A stretch of 64,000 bases of DNA from Candidatus Bathyarchaeota archaeon (GCA_963827165.1 CAWGZR010000010.1:32001-96000), one strand, 5' to 3'. Counted from the first letter of the stretch, positions 31,931 to 42,548 are shown. Numbers and translations: made by a program. Notes: generated by a model from the letters alone, not told the origin.

Positions 31931-32347
31931 TTAAGCTGAAATGATTTTCAGGTCAGAAATCTTACTGAAGTGTTCAATATTGCGTGTGGCAACGCTGGAT
32001 TCGCGTGTTAATGCGATTGCGGCGATAAAAGTGTCTCTGAGCCCTATGGGGTGTCCAGTCTTTTCTAGCTCGGCATGTAGGTGCCCAGCTTTTTGGGCGG
32101 ACTTTGATGTTAAGGGCAGAACGGCCATTCTGCGAACTACTTTGCTGATTGCTTGAACATTCTTTTCAGCGTTGTTGGATTTGTGTGCGCCATGGTGAAG
32201 CTCAAAAATATTGATTGCTGTTGTGCATAAAATAAAGCGCTCTTTTTCCAGTCGTGTTATTAATATTACTGCTTCTTTTTTGTTTCTCAGAAGATCAATC
32301 AGTAGATCGGTGTCGACTATCGTTTTTATGGTTTCCATGTTTCCCAA
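31931..32347 (-). CDS. vapC: VapC family PIN toxin
   Basis: VDTDLLID, INIFEL, IGLRDTFIAAIA, TRNIEHF. Confidence 0.92.
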   Translation of the reverse strand: MGNMETIKTIVDTDLLIDLLRNKKEAVILITRLEKERFILCTTAINIFELHHGAHKSNNAEKNVQAISKVVRRMAVLPLTSKSAQKAGHLHAELEKTGHPIGLRDTFIAAIALTRESSVATRNIEHFSKISDLKIISA

Positions 32348-32571
32348 ACCTTGTTTATTGACGCTTTGATTTCTTTAGCTTCTTGATCGCTTACGTTCCA
32401 TGAACCGGCTAAATCTGAAATCTTTGTTCCTTTTTTGTTTCTCCGGATAAGATGTTTCATGGCTTCCTCTATAGAGACGGGCCTTTTCAGTTTGACCTGC
32501 ATTTCGCCGGCGATTGCATTTAATTCAGCATATGTTTCTTTGCTAACTTTAATTGCTTTGAGCTCAGTCAT
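32326..32571 (-). CDS. VapB-like RHH antitoxin
   Basis: KAIKVSKETYAEL, DLAGSW; overlaps vapC. Confidence 0.8.
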   Translation of the reverse strand: MTELKAIKVSKETYAELNAIAGEMQVKLKRPVSIEEAMKHLIRRNKKGTKISDLAGSWNVSDQEAKEIKASINKVWETWKP

Positions 32572-32694
32572 GGTTTAGCCTCTAGTGGTAAAAGTAGTTA
32601 AAAGACACCTATAAACTTGTGCTCAACCGCAAGAACTTAAGTTTCCGATGGAAGCGGGATTTCGGCTTCTTTCCAGACGCTATGTCTCAAATTG

Positions 32695-33210
32695 TCACAG
32701 CGTTTCTAAGAGTTCATATTCAACTTCATCGCTAAACGGCTTAAGTGCCTTTAGCAATCCCTTGTCCAACGTTGCAACAAAGACCTTTTCCTTAGTTTCA
32801 TCATAGAGCTGAATAATAAGTGCTATGAGCTCTGGATCGCCCTTCTTTACAGCGTATTCCGGCTTCGCTTCTAGCTTGCTCAAATGCTTCCGGACATTAT
32901 CCATTACTTTCGAATATTTTCTATAGTTCACCGTTTCAACTATAATGAGCCCTTGCTCAATAGAAGTGCTAATCCTTACCACAGAATCTGATATTTTGTT
33001 TGCTAATTCTGGAACTGTTTCTTTGATTTTTTCTGCAAACCCTTTTGGTTCGTCAATGACTTCCTGTTGTATCGCTTTTGGGATTATAACTTTGTAGTTT
33101 TCTTTCTTTTTTTGTCGCAAGAAATCGTTCAGTTTCCCTTTTCTATCAAAGAATATGAGAATTGATGAATCTACTACCAGATAACTAGGCATCGAGTACG
33201 CCGGCCTCAT
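32695..33210 (-). CDS. PIN-domain protein
   Basis: VVDSSILI, IPKAIQQEV, GDPELIA, ATLDKGL. Confidence 0.75.
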   Translation of the reverse strand: MRPAYSMPSYLVVDSSILIFFDRKGKLNDFLRQKKKENYKVIIPKAIQQEVIDEPKGFAEKIKETVPELANKISDSVVRISTSIEQGLIIVETVNYRKYSKVMDNVRKHLSKLEAKPEYAVKKGDPELIALIIQLYDETKEKVFVATLDKGLLKALKPFSDEVEYELLETL

Positions 33211-33634
33211 CTAGAAGTGAGACAAACTCGTAGTAGGTTATTCCTAAAGTTGCGGCTGCTTGTCTGAAAGTCATCTTTCCAGCTTTCACCTTAGCTGTAA
33301 CTTCGCTTAGCTTGTTAGTTCCTTCATCTCCGAACTTGCCCCTGTATATGTCTGTCATCGTATGTTCCTCGAATGCCTCCATCAGCTTTTCAGGCGAAAC
33401 CTCGAGCTTGAAGTCCACTGCAAAATACACTCGTGTATTGCCCTTTGCCTCGCTCTTAACTGCTCTTGCAGCCTCAAGCTCGCGCAGGTACTTGTAGACT
33501 GTTGGGAGTGGATAGCCTAAATGTTTTCCAATGGCTTCCGCGGCCTCGCCTTTGTGCTTTGCCAAGTGCGCGATTATTTTTGCCTTGTTCGGATTTCCCA
33601 GTGCTCTGAGAATTAAGACCGTTTTTTCAGACAT
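33185..33634 (-). CDS. ArsR wHTH with a C-terminal UPF0175-like HTH (probable antitoxin)
   Basis: LRALGNPNKAKII; GKMTFRQAAATLGITYYEFVSLL. Confidence 0.75.
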   Translation of the reverse strand: MSEKTVLILRALGNPNKAKIIAHLAKHKGEAAEAIGKHLGYPLPTVYKYLRELEAARAVKSEAKGNTRVYFAVDFKLEVSPEKLMEAFEEHTMTDIYRGKFGDEGTNKLSEVTAKVKAGKMTFRQAAATLGITYYEFVSLLDEAGVLDA

Positions 33635-33799
33635 AAAGTTCAGTTAATAAAATATATAATAGCAACTATAAATGCTTCGGATAAAAACCATCTAAGCTTT
33701 GCAGAATAGTAGTACTGCCAGTTCTGACGCGGATAGGTTGACTGTGAGGTGTGCTGAGCGGTCAAGGCGTGTAGTTTCTTAGTTTTCTGATTTTTGAGG

Positions 33800-34078
33800 T
33801 TATGCAGGTTCTAGGATGATTTCCATGGTTCTGTTTTTTAGGGTTTGTCGGTCTTCTTTTAGCAGGGTAATTGTTACGTGTGGGATGGTGATGTGTCCGT
33901 CTTTTTTCATAGCGCCGAAAAATGTTTCCCTGACTCCGAGTGTATCGGCAAGGCTAATGGTGACTTTTAGGATTTGAGCTGGTTCCAACTTGAACTGCAA
34001 CCTCATTACACTTGGAACTCGCACGCGGTTTTTTTCGCGTAATGGCGCTTTGAAAGTTACTCTTTGATCTAGAGGCAT
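33800..34078 (-). CDS. Tandem AbrB/SpoVT (MraZ-like) DNA-binding protein, paralog A
   Basis: 92 aa with two swapped-hairpin motifs (KNRVRVP, DGHITIP); aligns without gaps to 47782-48060 and 57725-58003. Confidence 0.75.
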   Translation of the reverse strand: MPLDQRVTFKAPLREKNRVRVPSVMRLQFKLEPAQILKVTISLADTLGVRETFFGAMKKDGHITIPHVTITLLKEDRQTLKNRTMEIILEPA

Positions 34079-34090
34079 ATTTTCTTCCAG

Positions 34091-34222
34091 TGACTATTTG
34101 ATATGATTTGATACGTTTTAATACGTTTTGGTACGTTTTGAGATCATAGTTGCAAATGCTCCAAGCCCCAAACCAAGAAAGCAACCCAAAACACAAGGAA
34201 AATTCGCAGAATTTCCCACACG
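34091..34222 (-). repeat. Conserved motif + 10-bp array, copy A
   Basis: Array ~34091-34140 (+ strand units ATACGTTTTG-like); motif 34148-34222. Confidence 0.85.
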
Positions 34223-34273
34223 TTTTTTACTCAACGTTCACCCAAACAGAAAAAGTTATAGCTTTATGCGAGA

Positions 34274-34723
34274 TTGTTATTTTGTGGTTTTATGCAGTTT
34301 TTCACAGTGAAAGATGAATCAAGTGTTAGTCATAAGGTTCTTGTTGTTCCCTTGACTGGTGAGGAGATGAATGAGCTTATGGCTCAATGCAAGACGTGTA
34401 TGCCGTCTATCAATATTTCTTCGATGGTTCAAAATGGGCATCCCTACGTGATCGTGGATTTTGGATCGGGCGGCTCCTACAAAACGGCTTTGGCGTTGGA
34501 TGAGGTGTCTGAGGACGGCGACAAAATCGGCGACGAGCTAGGCGTAGGGGATCTGCTAACGGTTATTTTGACTTCAAACGCCAAACCGCTCAAGGTTTCA
34601 AAAGACAAAGTGTACTTAAATGTTCCATTGAAAGATTTGTTGGCGTTTAGCTTTCTCTTCACAGCCGACATGGCAGAGAACTACGCCTTATTCAAAATGT
34701 ACAAGCAACCAAAAGGCGAATAA
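34274..34723 (+). CDS. Hypothetical protein
   Basis: Open 149-aa frame; no family recognised. Confidence 0.5.
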   Translation: MLFCGFMQFFTVKDESSVSHKVLVVPLTGEEMNELMAQCKTCMPSINISSMVQNGHPYVIVDFGSGGSYKTALALDEVSEDGDKIGDELGVGDLLTVILTSNAKPLKVSKDKVYLNVPLKDLLAFSFLFTADMAENYALFKMYKQPKGE

Positions 34724-34770
34724 CCCAAACAGTTTCTCGCAGGTTCTTTCGGACTGACCCGGTCTTGGCC

Positions 34771-35421
34771 TTATTTCTTTGTCAGGTACGTTACGAACCA
34801 ATCGATTGAGTGTTTAGCGACTTCTTCTAGTTTGCCCGGTTCCTCAAAAAGATGCGTTGCGCCAGAGATAATGACGAGTTTCTTTTGGTCTTGCATCTGC
34901 GCCATCGCCTCCTTATTCAACGCGATAACCTCTGTGTCTAAACCGCCGACCAAAAGAAGAGTTGGCGCTTTCACTTTGGGAAGGTAATCTGCTGCCAGGT
35001 CAGGTCGTCCTCCGCGGGAAACCACGGCGGCGACGTCTTTGGGAAGTTTCGCGGCGCCAATTAGCGCGGCTGCAGCTCCTGTGCTTGCCCCAAAATAGCC
35101 GAAACGGAAATCTTTAGTTTGAGGGTCCGCTTTGAGACGCTTGGTTGCTCCGATTAGGCGCTCTGCAAGCAAGCCGATGTTGAAGCGGTATTCAGCTGTG
35201 AAAGTGTCTTGCTCTTCTTCCTGGCGGGTCAGCAGGTCAAAGAGCAGTGTCCCGATTTTTGCCCTATTAAATTCTTTTGCGACAAACTGGTTTCTTGTGC
35301 TGAACCTGCTGCTTCCGCTTCCATGCGCAAACAACACGATACCTACAGCGCCCACAGGAACAATCAAGTCACCTTCAACAACGACGTCGCCGACGCAAAT
35401 TTTCAGTTCTTGACGAATCAT
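34771..35421 (-). CDS. Dienelactone hydrolase-like alpha/beta hydrolase
   Basis: FAHGSGSSR, GYFGASTGA, VVSRGGRPDL, GATHLFEE. Confidence 0.9.
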   Translation of the reverse strand: MIRQELKICVGDVVVEGDLIVPVGAVGIVLFAHGSGSSRFSTRNQFVAKEFNRAKIGTLLFDLLTRQEEEQDTFTAEYRFNIGLLAERLIGATKRLKADPQTKDFRFGYFGASTGAAAALIGAAKLPKDVAAVVSRGGRPDLAADYLPKVKAPTLLLVGGLDTEVIALNKEAMAQMQDQKKLVIISGATHLFEEPGKLEEVAKHSIDWFVTYLTKK

Positions 35422-36093
35422 GCCTTCACCCTCCCGGCCTGTTTCTCTCTGTCTCCCTCTCGGTTTCGTTTGAGCAGCTCGGTGACTTCGCCGTCGCTTG
35501 TTTGGTCAAAATCCCGATAGAACTGTCCGATAGCGGCAAAGTACTCGGGCGTGTAGAGGCAGACTACGCGGTTGGCTTGCTTTTCTAATTCTTCAATGGT
35601 TGATGGGGGACCGACGGGGACGGCGACGGTTACGGTTTTTGCGCCTCTGTTTTTGACGGATGCCAAGGCTGCTTTCATTGTTGAGCCTGTGGCTATGCCG
35701 TCGTCGACGAGGATTACGTCTTGGCCTTTGAGGTTCGGGTTAGGGTGGTTTTGGCGGTACATTTTGAGTCTGCGTTCAATCTCTTCTTTTTGGCGTTCGC
35801 TTTCCTCTTTGATGTAGGATTCTGAAACCCCAAGGTAATCGACTAAGTTTTCTATCGATTATGGTGGTTCCGTCTTCGGTCATGGCGCCGATTGCTAACT
35901 CGGGGTTGTCAGGTGCGCCTATCTTGTGAGGTATAATCACGTCTAGTGGCAGGTCGAGCGCCTTCGCGATTTCGAAGCCCACAACCACGCCGCCTCGAGG
36001 TATCGCTAGAACAACAGCGTTTTTGCCCTTAAAATCGCTTAAAGCCGCGGCTAGATGTTTTCCCGCATCTACGCGGTTAGAAAAATAAGACAT
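35418..36093 (-). CDS. Phosphoribosyltransferase family protein, frameshifted ~35850
   Basis: FSNRVDAG, IPRGGV, PELAIGA; VILVDDGIATGSTM, AIGQFYRDF. Confidence 0.9.
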
Positions 36094-36205
36094 TTTTGTC
36101 CCTCAAAACTTCACTAACAAAGTATTAGGCAGATTGCAATATAAAAACTGTAACAAGATAGGAAAAGCGAAAAGTGGATTTCTTGTTTTTGCGCGGCTGC
36201 AGAGT

Positions 36206-38623
36206 TTAGTCTCTTTTTGTTAGTTGCATGCTGTCTTTGTCGTAGGAGTATTCGCTGAAGCGTTGGCTGTAGTAGAGTCGGAGGTATTCTCCTGCAAAGC
36301 GGGGTTGGAAGGGCAGGTCTTTTGGTGTGAGGCGGCTTTTGGTTTTCAGTTGTTCTTCGATGGCTGCTGCGGCTGTTGGGTAGTTTAGCAAGAATTCTCG
36401 TCGTTCAGCGTAAACGGCTAATGTCTGCACGGCTTCGTCTACGTAAGCTAAGCTTTTGGGCAGGTTCTCCATTACCTGGTTGATTTTGTAGCTTGAAGAG
36501 TTCGCCAGGGTGTCGGTTGCTTTCTTTAGGCGTTCGCGCAGGGTGCTGTTTGACTCCCAGAGGTACTCTTTTGTGGGTAGCAAACGGTCGATTGTGTCTT
36601 CTTCGTTGACTAGTTCGTTGTATAGCATGGAGAGCACGTCTTGGGCGAAGCTTAGGAAAGTTTGAATGTCATCTTTTAAGGATACTACGTCGATGACGCT
36701 TAGTTTTGTTTTTTCGGCTTTCTTTCCAATTATTTGTTTCATTCCTTCGGCTCTCTTGGCGTAGTCGAGCACTCGCGGTAGGTTTGCGCCGAAGACTGGG
36801 GGTAAAAGGTCGCTTTCGCTGGTTAGGTTTGCTATTGGCGAGAGGGAGTCTTTTAGAAGTTTCATCGAAGCTTGGATTTCGGAGCCGTATTGTCTGCTCA
36901 TGTTGTTTAGTGAGTTATACAATGCTTCTATGGCGATCCATGGGGCTTCTTTCTGCTCGATTTTTTGATTTGTGAATTCTATTGCTCTGCTTTTTTCTGG
37001 GAGGCTTGGGTCGTAGAGAGATCTGACGACGAAGTAGATTGGTTCAGTTGCTTGCATGGCGTCTTTTGATAGGGTTCGTCCCGCATCCAAGGTTTGTTTG
37101 ATGGCTTCTATTCTTTGTTCAAGTGTCATGGCTTTTAGGTAATCAGCGTTTAGGTTTGATTTTACGTTTAAGCCGATGTCTTGAAGTTTGCCTACCCAGT
37201 TGGCGTATTCGCAGTTAACGTAAATCTGGTACTCCGCAAGCGTGGCGTTAAGTTCTGAGTCAACCGCCTCAACGTCTAAGGCAATCGTGTCAAGCTCAGC
37301 ATATTTCTTGTCGAGCTCGGCGGGGTCATAAAGCTGCTGCTCCGCTCGTCTAAGGGTGTCTGCAAGTGAGTCTTGCAATATTTGGATTTTTCCTTCCGGA
37401 CCACTCACGATAACGGGGATATTTGCTTTAACGTTCTTTATTTGATCGCTTAAAACCTGCACTTTAGCCATGACCTTTTTTATTTTGTCTGAAAACACGT
37501 CAATTGACATAGTCTGCTTAGGTGTGGTATCTATGAACGCAACTGGCAACGTGAAGAGCAACGTAGCTAGCGTACCCAGAATCAGCGTTCCCGGGGAAGC
37601 GTCTGCGGAAAAAGCCAGAGGTGTCGAAAGTGCACCCACAAGGATATAGAATAAGGCGGCAGCAACGGTGGCTGTGAAAATTGGTAAGAGCCTGTCGCTT
37701 AATCCACCCGAACCTAGACGGATAAGTTGTCTTGAGAAAAAGATTCCGCCCAATGCGAGGCCTACCACGATGACGACAAACATTATCAAGCCTGGCGCTG
37801 AGTCAAGGTACTGCGTCATCGCATTTCCCAAATTGTGTCCGTTCGTGTTTGCGTTTGGGATCCAAGTTAGCTGACCCGTGATCTGGTAAATAACCTGCGA
37901 TACATCATATAATCGGAATTGAGCTATGGATGAGCCAAGTTTCGAAAAGATCTGGCTTAAGGAAACAAAAAGTGGGGGGCTTGTTCCAGGCACGTTCCAC
38001 CAGTCAGATTGAATAATTGGCGAAACCGTAAATTCATAGTACTGAAGAACTTGAAGAGGAACCGCGATCAAGGCGAAATAAACGACTGATAAAGCGGCAT
38101 TTCTTTTGAAGTAAACCGCTGAAGCAAAAAGCAACGGGATCGCCAAAAAATAGGTTGCCGAAGAAGAAAGGCAAGCGACGGCGATTATGCCGATATCAAT
38201 CGCCAAGGCGCTTTTGTAACGGTTAAAAGCTAAAGGCAACGCAATAAACAAAGCCATAAACGCTACGACAAATCCTACCCGAATCTGTTCGCCCCCGAGG
38301 TACGAGATAAAGTAAAGAGGCGGCTGGGAGATGTTGAAGAGCAAGCCTAACCCGATGATGGCGCCGCCTATAGGCATCCCAACAATGGGGTACTGATAAA
38401 CTAAGAATGCCACCAAAACAGCAAGAAAAATGGGCAGTGGAGGCGGAAAAAGCGGCAGAATAGACATCCCAATAGACATAGCTACAAGCGTTACAACGAA
38501 GGTAAGCATTTTCAGCGTTGAAGACTCGTGCTTTTTTCGCTCTATCTCTTTTTCTTTTCTTGCCTGCTTCTGATCTTTGTACCAGGATTTCAATCCCGAT
38601 AATTTAAGGGATGGTCTCTTCAA
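36206..38623 (-). CDS. Large membrane protein (N-terminal multi-TM region, long helical/coiled-coil C-terminal domain)
   Basis: About nine hydrophobic segments, then ~430 aa of charged helical sequence. Confidence 0.75.
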   Translation of the reverse strand: MKRPSLKLSGLKSWYKDQKQARKEKEIERKKHESSTLKMLTFVVTLVAMSIGMSILPLFPPPLPIFLAVLVAFLVYQYPIVGMPIGGAIIGLGLLFNISQPPLYFISYLGGEQIRVGFVVAFMALFIALPLAFNRYKSALAIDIGIIAVACLSSSATYFLAIPLLFASAVYFKRNAALSVVYFALIAVPLQVLQYYEFTVSPIIQSDWWNVPGTSPPLFVSLSQIFSKLGSSIAQFRLYDVSQVIYQITGQLTWIPNANTNGHNLGNAMTQYLDSAPGLIMFVVIVVGLALGGIFFSRQLIRLGSGGLSDRLLPIFTATVAAALFYILVGALSTPLAFSADASPGTLILGTLATLLFTLPVAFIDTTPKQTMSIDVFSDKIKKVMAKVQVLSDQIKNVKANIPVIVSGPEGKIQILQDSLADTLRRAEQQLYDPAELDKKYAELDTIALDVEAVDSELNATLAEYQIYVNCEYANWVGKLQDIGLNVKSNLNADYLKAMTLEQRIEAIKQTLDAGRTLSKDAMQATEPIYFVVRSLYDPSLPEKSRAIEFTNQKIEQKEAPWIAIEALYNSLNNMSRQYGSEIQASMKLLKDSLSPIANLTSESDLLPPVFGANLPRVLDYAKRAEGMKQIIGKKAEKTKLSVIDVVSLKDDIQTFLSFAQDVLSMLYNELVNEEDTIDRLLPTKEYLWESNSTLRERLKKATDTLANSSSYKINQVMENLPKSLAYVDEAVQTLAVYAERREFLLNYPTAAAAIEEQLKTKSRLTPKDLPFQPRFAGEYLRLYYSQRFSEYSYDKDSMQLTKRD

Positions 38624-38684
38624 GCTACTTACCTAAAACCTTATTTTAGGTGAACCCTTCTTAAAGGTTATGTAGGTACCTCGG

Positions 38685-39854
38685 ATGACGGAGTCTAAAA
38701 AACCATTTAACGTTTTGGACAGTGTTTGGAAGCATATTGAGACTTTAAAGCCGCTGCTTCCGAAGCAAGCAACGGTTTACGTCGGCGAATACCCAATTAA
38801 GGTGCTTTTAAAGCAGCCCTACGTTGACAAAACTGGCGTGACGTTGCAGGTTTTGCTTGGTAAATCAAGCGATGAGGTCTACACGTGGATTCCGAAGGAA
38901 TTTAACCCATTTTTAGTTTTAGGTTTTGAAGACGCAAACATTGAGACTCACTTTTGGTATAACGTTTTGCCGTTTGTTTCAAAGGATGAAACGCTGATTG
39001 ATGGCTTAAAAAAGAAGCATACTGACAAGCTGCATAACGCGATCATGGTTGCTTCAGTTTGGGATGGCATCGGCAGCGCTTCATTGCCCACTTTGATTTC
39101 TAAGTTCAAAGCCGCCAACATCAACTCACTTTCCATAGCGATGTTGCCGTCCAAGATCCAACCTTCAGACGCATATTTCAATGCACTTGCCTCAATGGGA
39201 ATCTGCGCAGACAAAGATAGCGCAACCCTTCTTCTTTTAGAGAGAGACATGCTTGAAAACTACGAAGGCGTCGACAGAGCTGGTTCACTCATAAAAGGCA
39301 ACGTCATCGCCAACTACTTAGTCAACTTGTTTCTTTCTAAAGAAACATTAGTCGAAGAACTAACCGAGCAATCAAGGACATTCAACACAAAAATGTACAC
39401 GGTGCTACTCACCCCCGGGGCAAGCCTAAAAATCTACGGTTCATTTGAAAACGTTTTAGATGCAACCTTACTTAAACCCCTGCTGAACTTCGATTTGTCA
39501 ACCGTTTCATTGCTCTACGCTCTTGTCCGCATGCCTTCAAGCATGAAAGAAAAGCTGCCTAGAGCGAAAATTGAGTTGGCAGTGGCAACTTGGTTTAAGG
39601 AAAAAGCTGACCTGAAATCGATCTACATAGCGGAACCTGTCTATGTTGACGATGCAAGCGACCGTATTGACCTGGTCTTGTTTGTGGGTGGCTTTGAGAC
39701 TGCGGAGATGTTTTTAGATTATGAAAAAAGAGCAAAAAGCCTGAAAAGCCGTGCACTGCAAAAAGGTTTAGTGGACAAAAAAGAGTGGTTGAGTATGATG
39801 AAAAATTTGGGTATAAAGAAGGATGAGGAAACTTCTCCTGAAGTTCCCGCTTAA
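38685..39854 (+). CDS. Degenerate tubulin/FtsZ-superfamily protein
   Basis: VYVGEYPIK at the T1 position; IMVASVWDGIGSA at the GGGTGSG position; SIAMLP..., AYFNALAS, LLLER pattern. Confidence 0.55.
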   Translation: MTESKKPFNVLDSVWKHIETLKPLLPKQATVYVGEYPIKVLLKQPYVDKTGVTLQVLLGKSSDEVYTWIPKEFNPFLVLGFEDANIETHFWYNVLPFVSKDETLIDGLKKKHTDKLHNAIMVASVWDGIGSASLPTLISKFKAANINSLSIAMLPSKIQPSDAYFNALASMGICADKDSATLLLLERDMLENYEGVDRAGSLIKGNVIANYLVNLFLSKETLVEELTEQSRTFNTKMYTVLLTPGASLKIYGSFENVLDATLLKPLLNFDLSTVSLLYALVRMPSSMKEKLPRAKIELAVATWFKEKADLKSIYIAEPVYVDDASDRIDLVLFVGGFETAEMFLDYEKRAKSLKSRALQKGLVDKKEWLSMMKNLGIKKDEETSPEVPA

Positions 39855-39857
39855 TTT

Positions 39858-42545
39858 TTACTTTTTATTGCCGTTATTGGCTGCTACTGCGACGCCGTTT
39901 TGTTGGTTTACTATTTTGATTATGTTTCCGGCTGAGACTCCGTGTTCAAGCAGGTAGCTTCTGGATAGGTGTCTTTCGAAGTCGTTTGATTTGTTGTATA
40001 GTAGCTGCATTTCATCGTATGCTTCCATGTCTTCGGGTCTTCCTCTTCCGCCGATGACTAGCACTCTTGTGGTCCATGCGTCTCGGGATTCGATGACTCG
40101 TACCGTGATGGTTCTTGAAACTTCGCTGGTGACGTAGCCTGCCAGTGCTGTGTAGACTTCTTGGGATAGGTCTTCAGTCCACATGTTGGGCGGCGAAACT
40201 ATGGTGACCCAGATGTAGTCGGTTTTGTAGGTTGGTTTGTATCCCATGATTGTTGGTGTCTTGAAGGCTCTGATTATGCTTCTGATGTAGTCTTTGAAGT
40301 GTTCTAAGTCAAGGATATCCTTGTTGATCACTTCTCTTGTGAGGTTTTCTTCTTGCTCTGTTAGTATCTTGAAGATTATTCTAAGCTGCTCAGTTTCTGT
40401 CAAATCCGCGGATTTTTCGAAGTATTTCTTTGGCGCAGTGATTTCGTTCATAAGTTGTTCATATTCGCTGTTTATGTCAACGATTTTGCCGAGTCGCTTG
40501 CGGTACTCAGAAGTTAATTCAAAACGTTTACCCAATGTCTCGTATAGGTTGATTATGCTGTCAACTTTGTTGAGGTTGTCTAGGGCAAAGCCTTCTTCGG
40601 ATTCTATGCGTTTTAGATCTCGATCAAGCTCCATGAGCTGCTCTCTTGCGTAACGTTTTCCCCCGAAGAGCTTTCTGTTTTGCCGCTCAAGCTTTTCCTT
40701 GTCGAATTCTTTGCGTTTCTTTGTCTCTTGTACTCTCATGACTTCATTTTCGAAGTTGCCTCGGTTCTGCATGCGTCTTGACAATATTTCGTTTATGTAG
40801 GTTACGTGTTCATCGATCATTTTTGCCTCGTCAGCCGGGGTTCTGAGCATGAGCTGGATTATCAGGTAAATGGTTGATAGTTCGGCTTGGATGTCTTTTA
40901 GGTCGTTGAGTTCGTTTTGGCTTTCAGGAAGCACTTGGTAGTATCTTATTAGAGCGTCAGTTAAGTATCGGGTTTCATCGTAGAACTGCTGTAAATCAAG
41001 TGCTCTCTCGGCGATCTCTGCTAAGTTCACTAAATCTTCGAGAATCTTCTTTTGCCTAACAGTGAACACTTGTGAGCTGGGAATCAGTTGGTTGAGCCGT
41101 TCGACGATTATTGCTTTCTTTTCGCGGAATTCCAAGTGGCTCTTCGTTAGGGTGGTGAGTAAAACTTCAAGGTTGTCGAGTTTTCTTGAGCCTTCCTTTT
41201 TCAACGTCAAATTGATAATTGAATCTTCGATGGGACCTGTCTTTCCCATAAGTTTTATGGTTGACAGGAGCTTCATGATTTCATCTAGCCAGTTTTTAAC
41301 CTGTATCTCAACGCCTTTGACGTGTAGTGCCATGTCGTCTTCTAGACGTGGGTTGCTGGTGATTTCGGTTTTCAGTTTGTCTTCGAATTGTTCTTCGTTG
41401 AATGTGCCTGCTTTTATCAGGTAGTTCCTGAAGAGTTCCCGAGTTACGTCGTGGTCGACAGCGATGATGTTGCCGATTTCGTCGAGGATATCCAGTTTTT
41501 CCCTTCGCAGGTCTTGCAGTAGCTGGATGCCTTCGAAGTTGAGTTTGTAGGCTGAAATGTAATCTTCAACTGGGTAAACGACTTTTACCATGCCTAAGGT
41601 ATGTGCTGAATTGTAGGTTAATCCGACTTCTGTGCCGATTCCACCCATTAAGTCTGCTAAGTCAAAGTCCATCAAAACATAAAGCATGTCTACGACCATG
41701 TCGTCCATTTCTCTTCGGGCGCTGACGATGTTTCCTACCTTTGAGTAGGCTGGTAGCAGTGGCAGGTAGATGAGGGCGTTTAATGGGTTTCGGTAGCATT
41801 CGCCGTATTCTTTGACTACGTATTCGTTGTAGTCTTTGTTGAGGAACAGTGATAGCTCATTCATTGATGTGAAGGCTGAGCATCCTTTGGCTGGGGGGTC
41901 GTCTCCGCCGCATGGGGTGACAACGAAGGCTATGATGGCGACGCCTGAACCCAAAACTTTTCGCAGGTGCCTCGCGAAATCAAAGAATACTCCGCTTCCT
42001 GTGCCTCCGCCTAGTCCGTAGCATAAAACTACAGTGGGTGTAATAATCGATGACAATGCTTGTTCTTTGAAGGAGTTTATGCAGTTTTTAATTATTCCGA
42101 GTTGATAGTAGTTCAATGCGTAGATTGCTTTTGCGAGGGCTCGCCGTCTGCCTGCTCCTCCAGCCATCGGTGGAATAGCCATGGTGGTTTCCAGCCACGG
42201 GTGGAAGTCAAGTTTGGCTCCCTCGGCTATGAGATATTCGCCGTATTTTTGGTTGATGAAGTCAAACATTGCCTCGGCGGTTGGGAACTTGACTGACTGG
42301 GCAATCAAGCGCATTCTTTCTGCAGGGATACCGGCTTTAACCATTGATTTTTCGATTCCCTCGTAGGTTTCCTGGAGACTTCTGATTTCTGGGTCAGCGA
42401 TGTCGATGGCTAAAAGAGAGAGTCTTGTGAGGTCACTCTGCAATAGCTCTTTGGTTTTCTTGTGGTTTAGGAAGGTTTCTACAATGTTGGTTCCCGCTGA
42501 ACCGAGTCCGATTACCTGTACGCTATTTTGGTAAATTCTCGTAGC
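39858..42545 (-). CDS. Large tubulin/FtsZ-like GTPase with a coiled-coil insertion (~895 aa)
   Basis: Frame open upstream of the track start: VQVIGLGSAGTNI (T1), LAIDIAD, GGAGRRR (T3), YGLGGGTGSG (T4); no canonical start codon seen. Confidence 0.85.
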   Translation of the reverse strand, partial: ATRIYQNSVQVIGLGSAGTNIVETFLNHKKTKELLQSDLTRLSLLAIDIADPEIRSLQETYEGIEKSMVKAGIPAERMRLIAQSVKFPTAEAMFDFINQKYGEYLIAEGAKLDFHPWLETTMAIPPMAGGAGRRRALAKAIYALNYYQLGIIKNCINSFKEQALSSIITPTVVLCYGLGGGTGSGVFFDFARHLRKVLGSGVAIIAFVVTPCGGDDPPAKGCSAFTSMNELSLFLNKDYNEYVVKEYGECYRNPLNALIYLPLLPAYSKVGNIVSARREMDDMVVDMLYVLMDFDLADLMGGIGTEVGLTYNSAHTLGMVKVVYPVEDYISAYKLNFEGIQLLQDLRREKLDILDEIGNIIAVDHDVTRELFRNYLIKAGTFNEEQFEDKLKTEITSNPRLEDDMALHVKGVEIQVKNWLDEIMKLLSTIKLMGKTGPIEDSIINLTLKKEGSRKLDNLEVLLTTLTKSHLEFREKKAIIVERLNQLIPSSQVFTVRQKKILEDLVNLAEIAERALDLQQFYDETRYLTDALIRYYQVLPESQNELNDLKDIQAELSTIYLIIQLMLRTPADEAKMIDEHVTYINEILSRRMQNRGNFENEVMRVQETKKRKEFDKEKLERQNRKLFGGKRYAREQLMELDRDLKRIESEEGFALDNLNKVDSIINLYETLGKRFELTSEYRKRLGKIVDINSEYEQLMNEITAPKKYFEKSADLTETEQLRIIFKILTEQEENLTREVINKDILDLEHFKDYIRSIIRAFKTPTIMGYKPTYKTDYIWVTIVSPPNMWTEDLSQEVYTALAGYVTSEVSRTITVRVIESRDAWTTRVLVIGGRGRPEDMEAYDEMQLLYNKSNDFERHLSRSYLLEHGVSAGNIIKIVNQQNGVAVAANNGNKK

Positions 42546-42548
42546 TTA

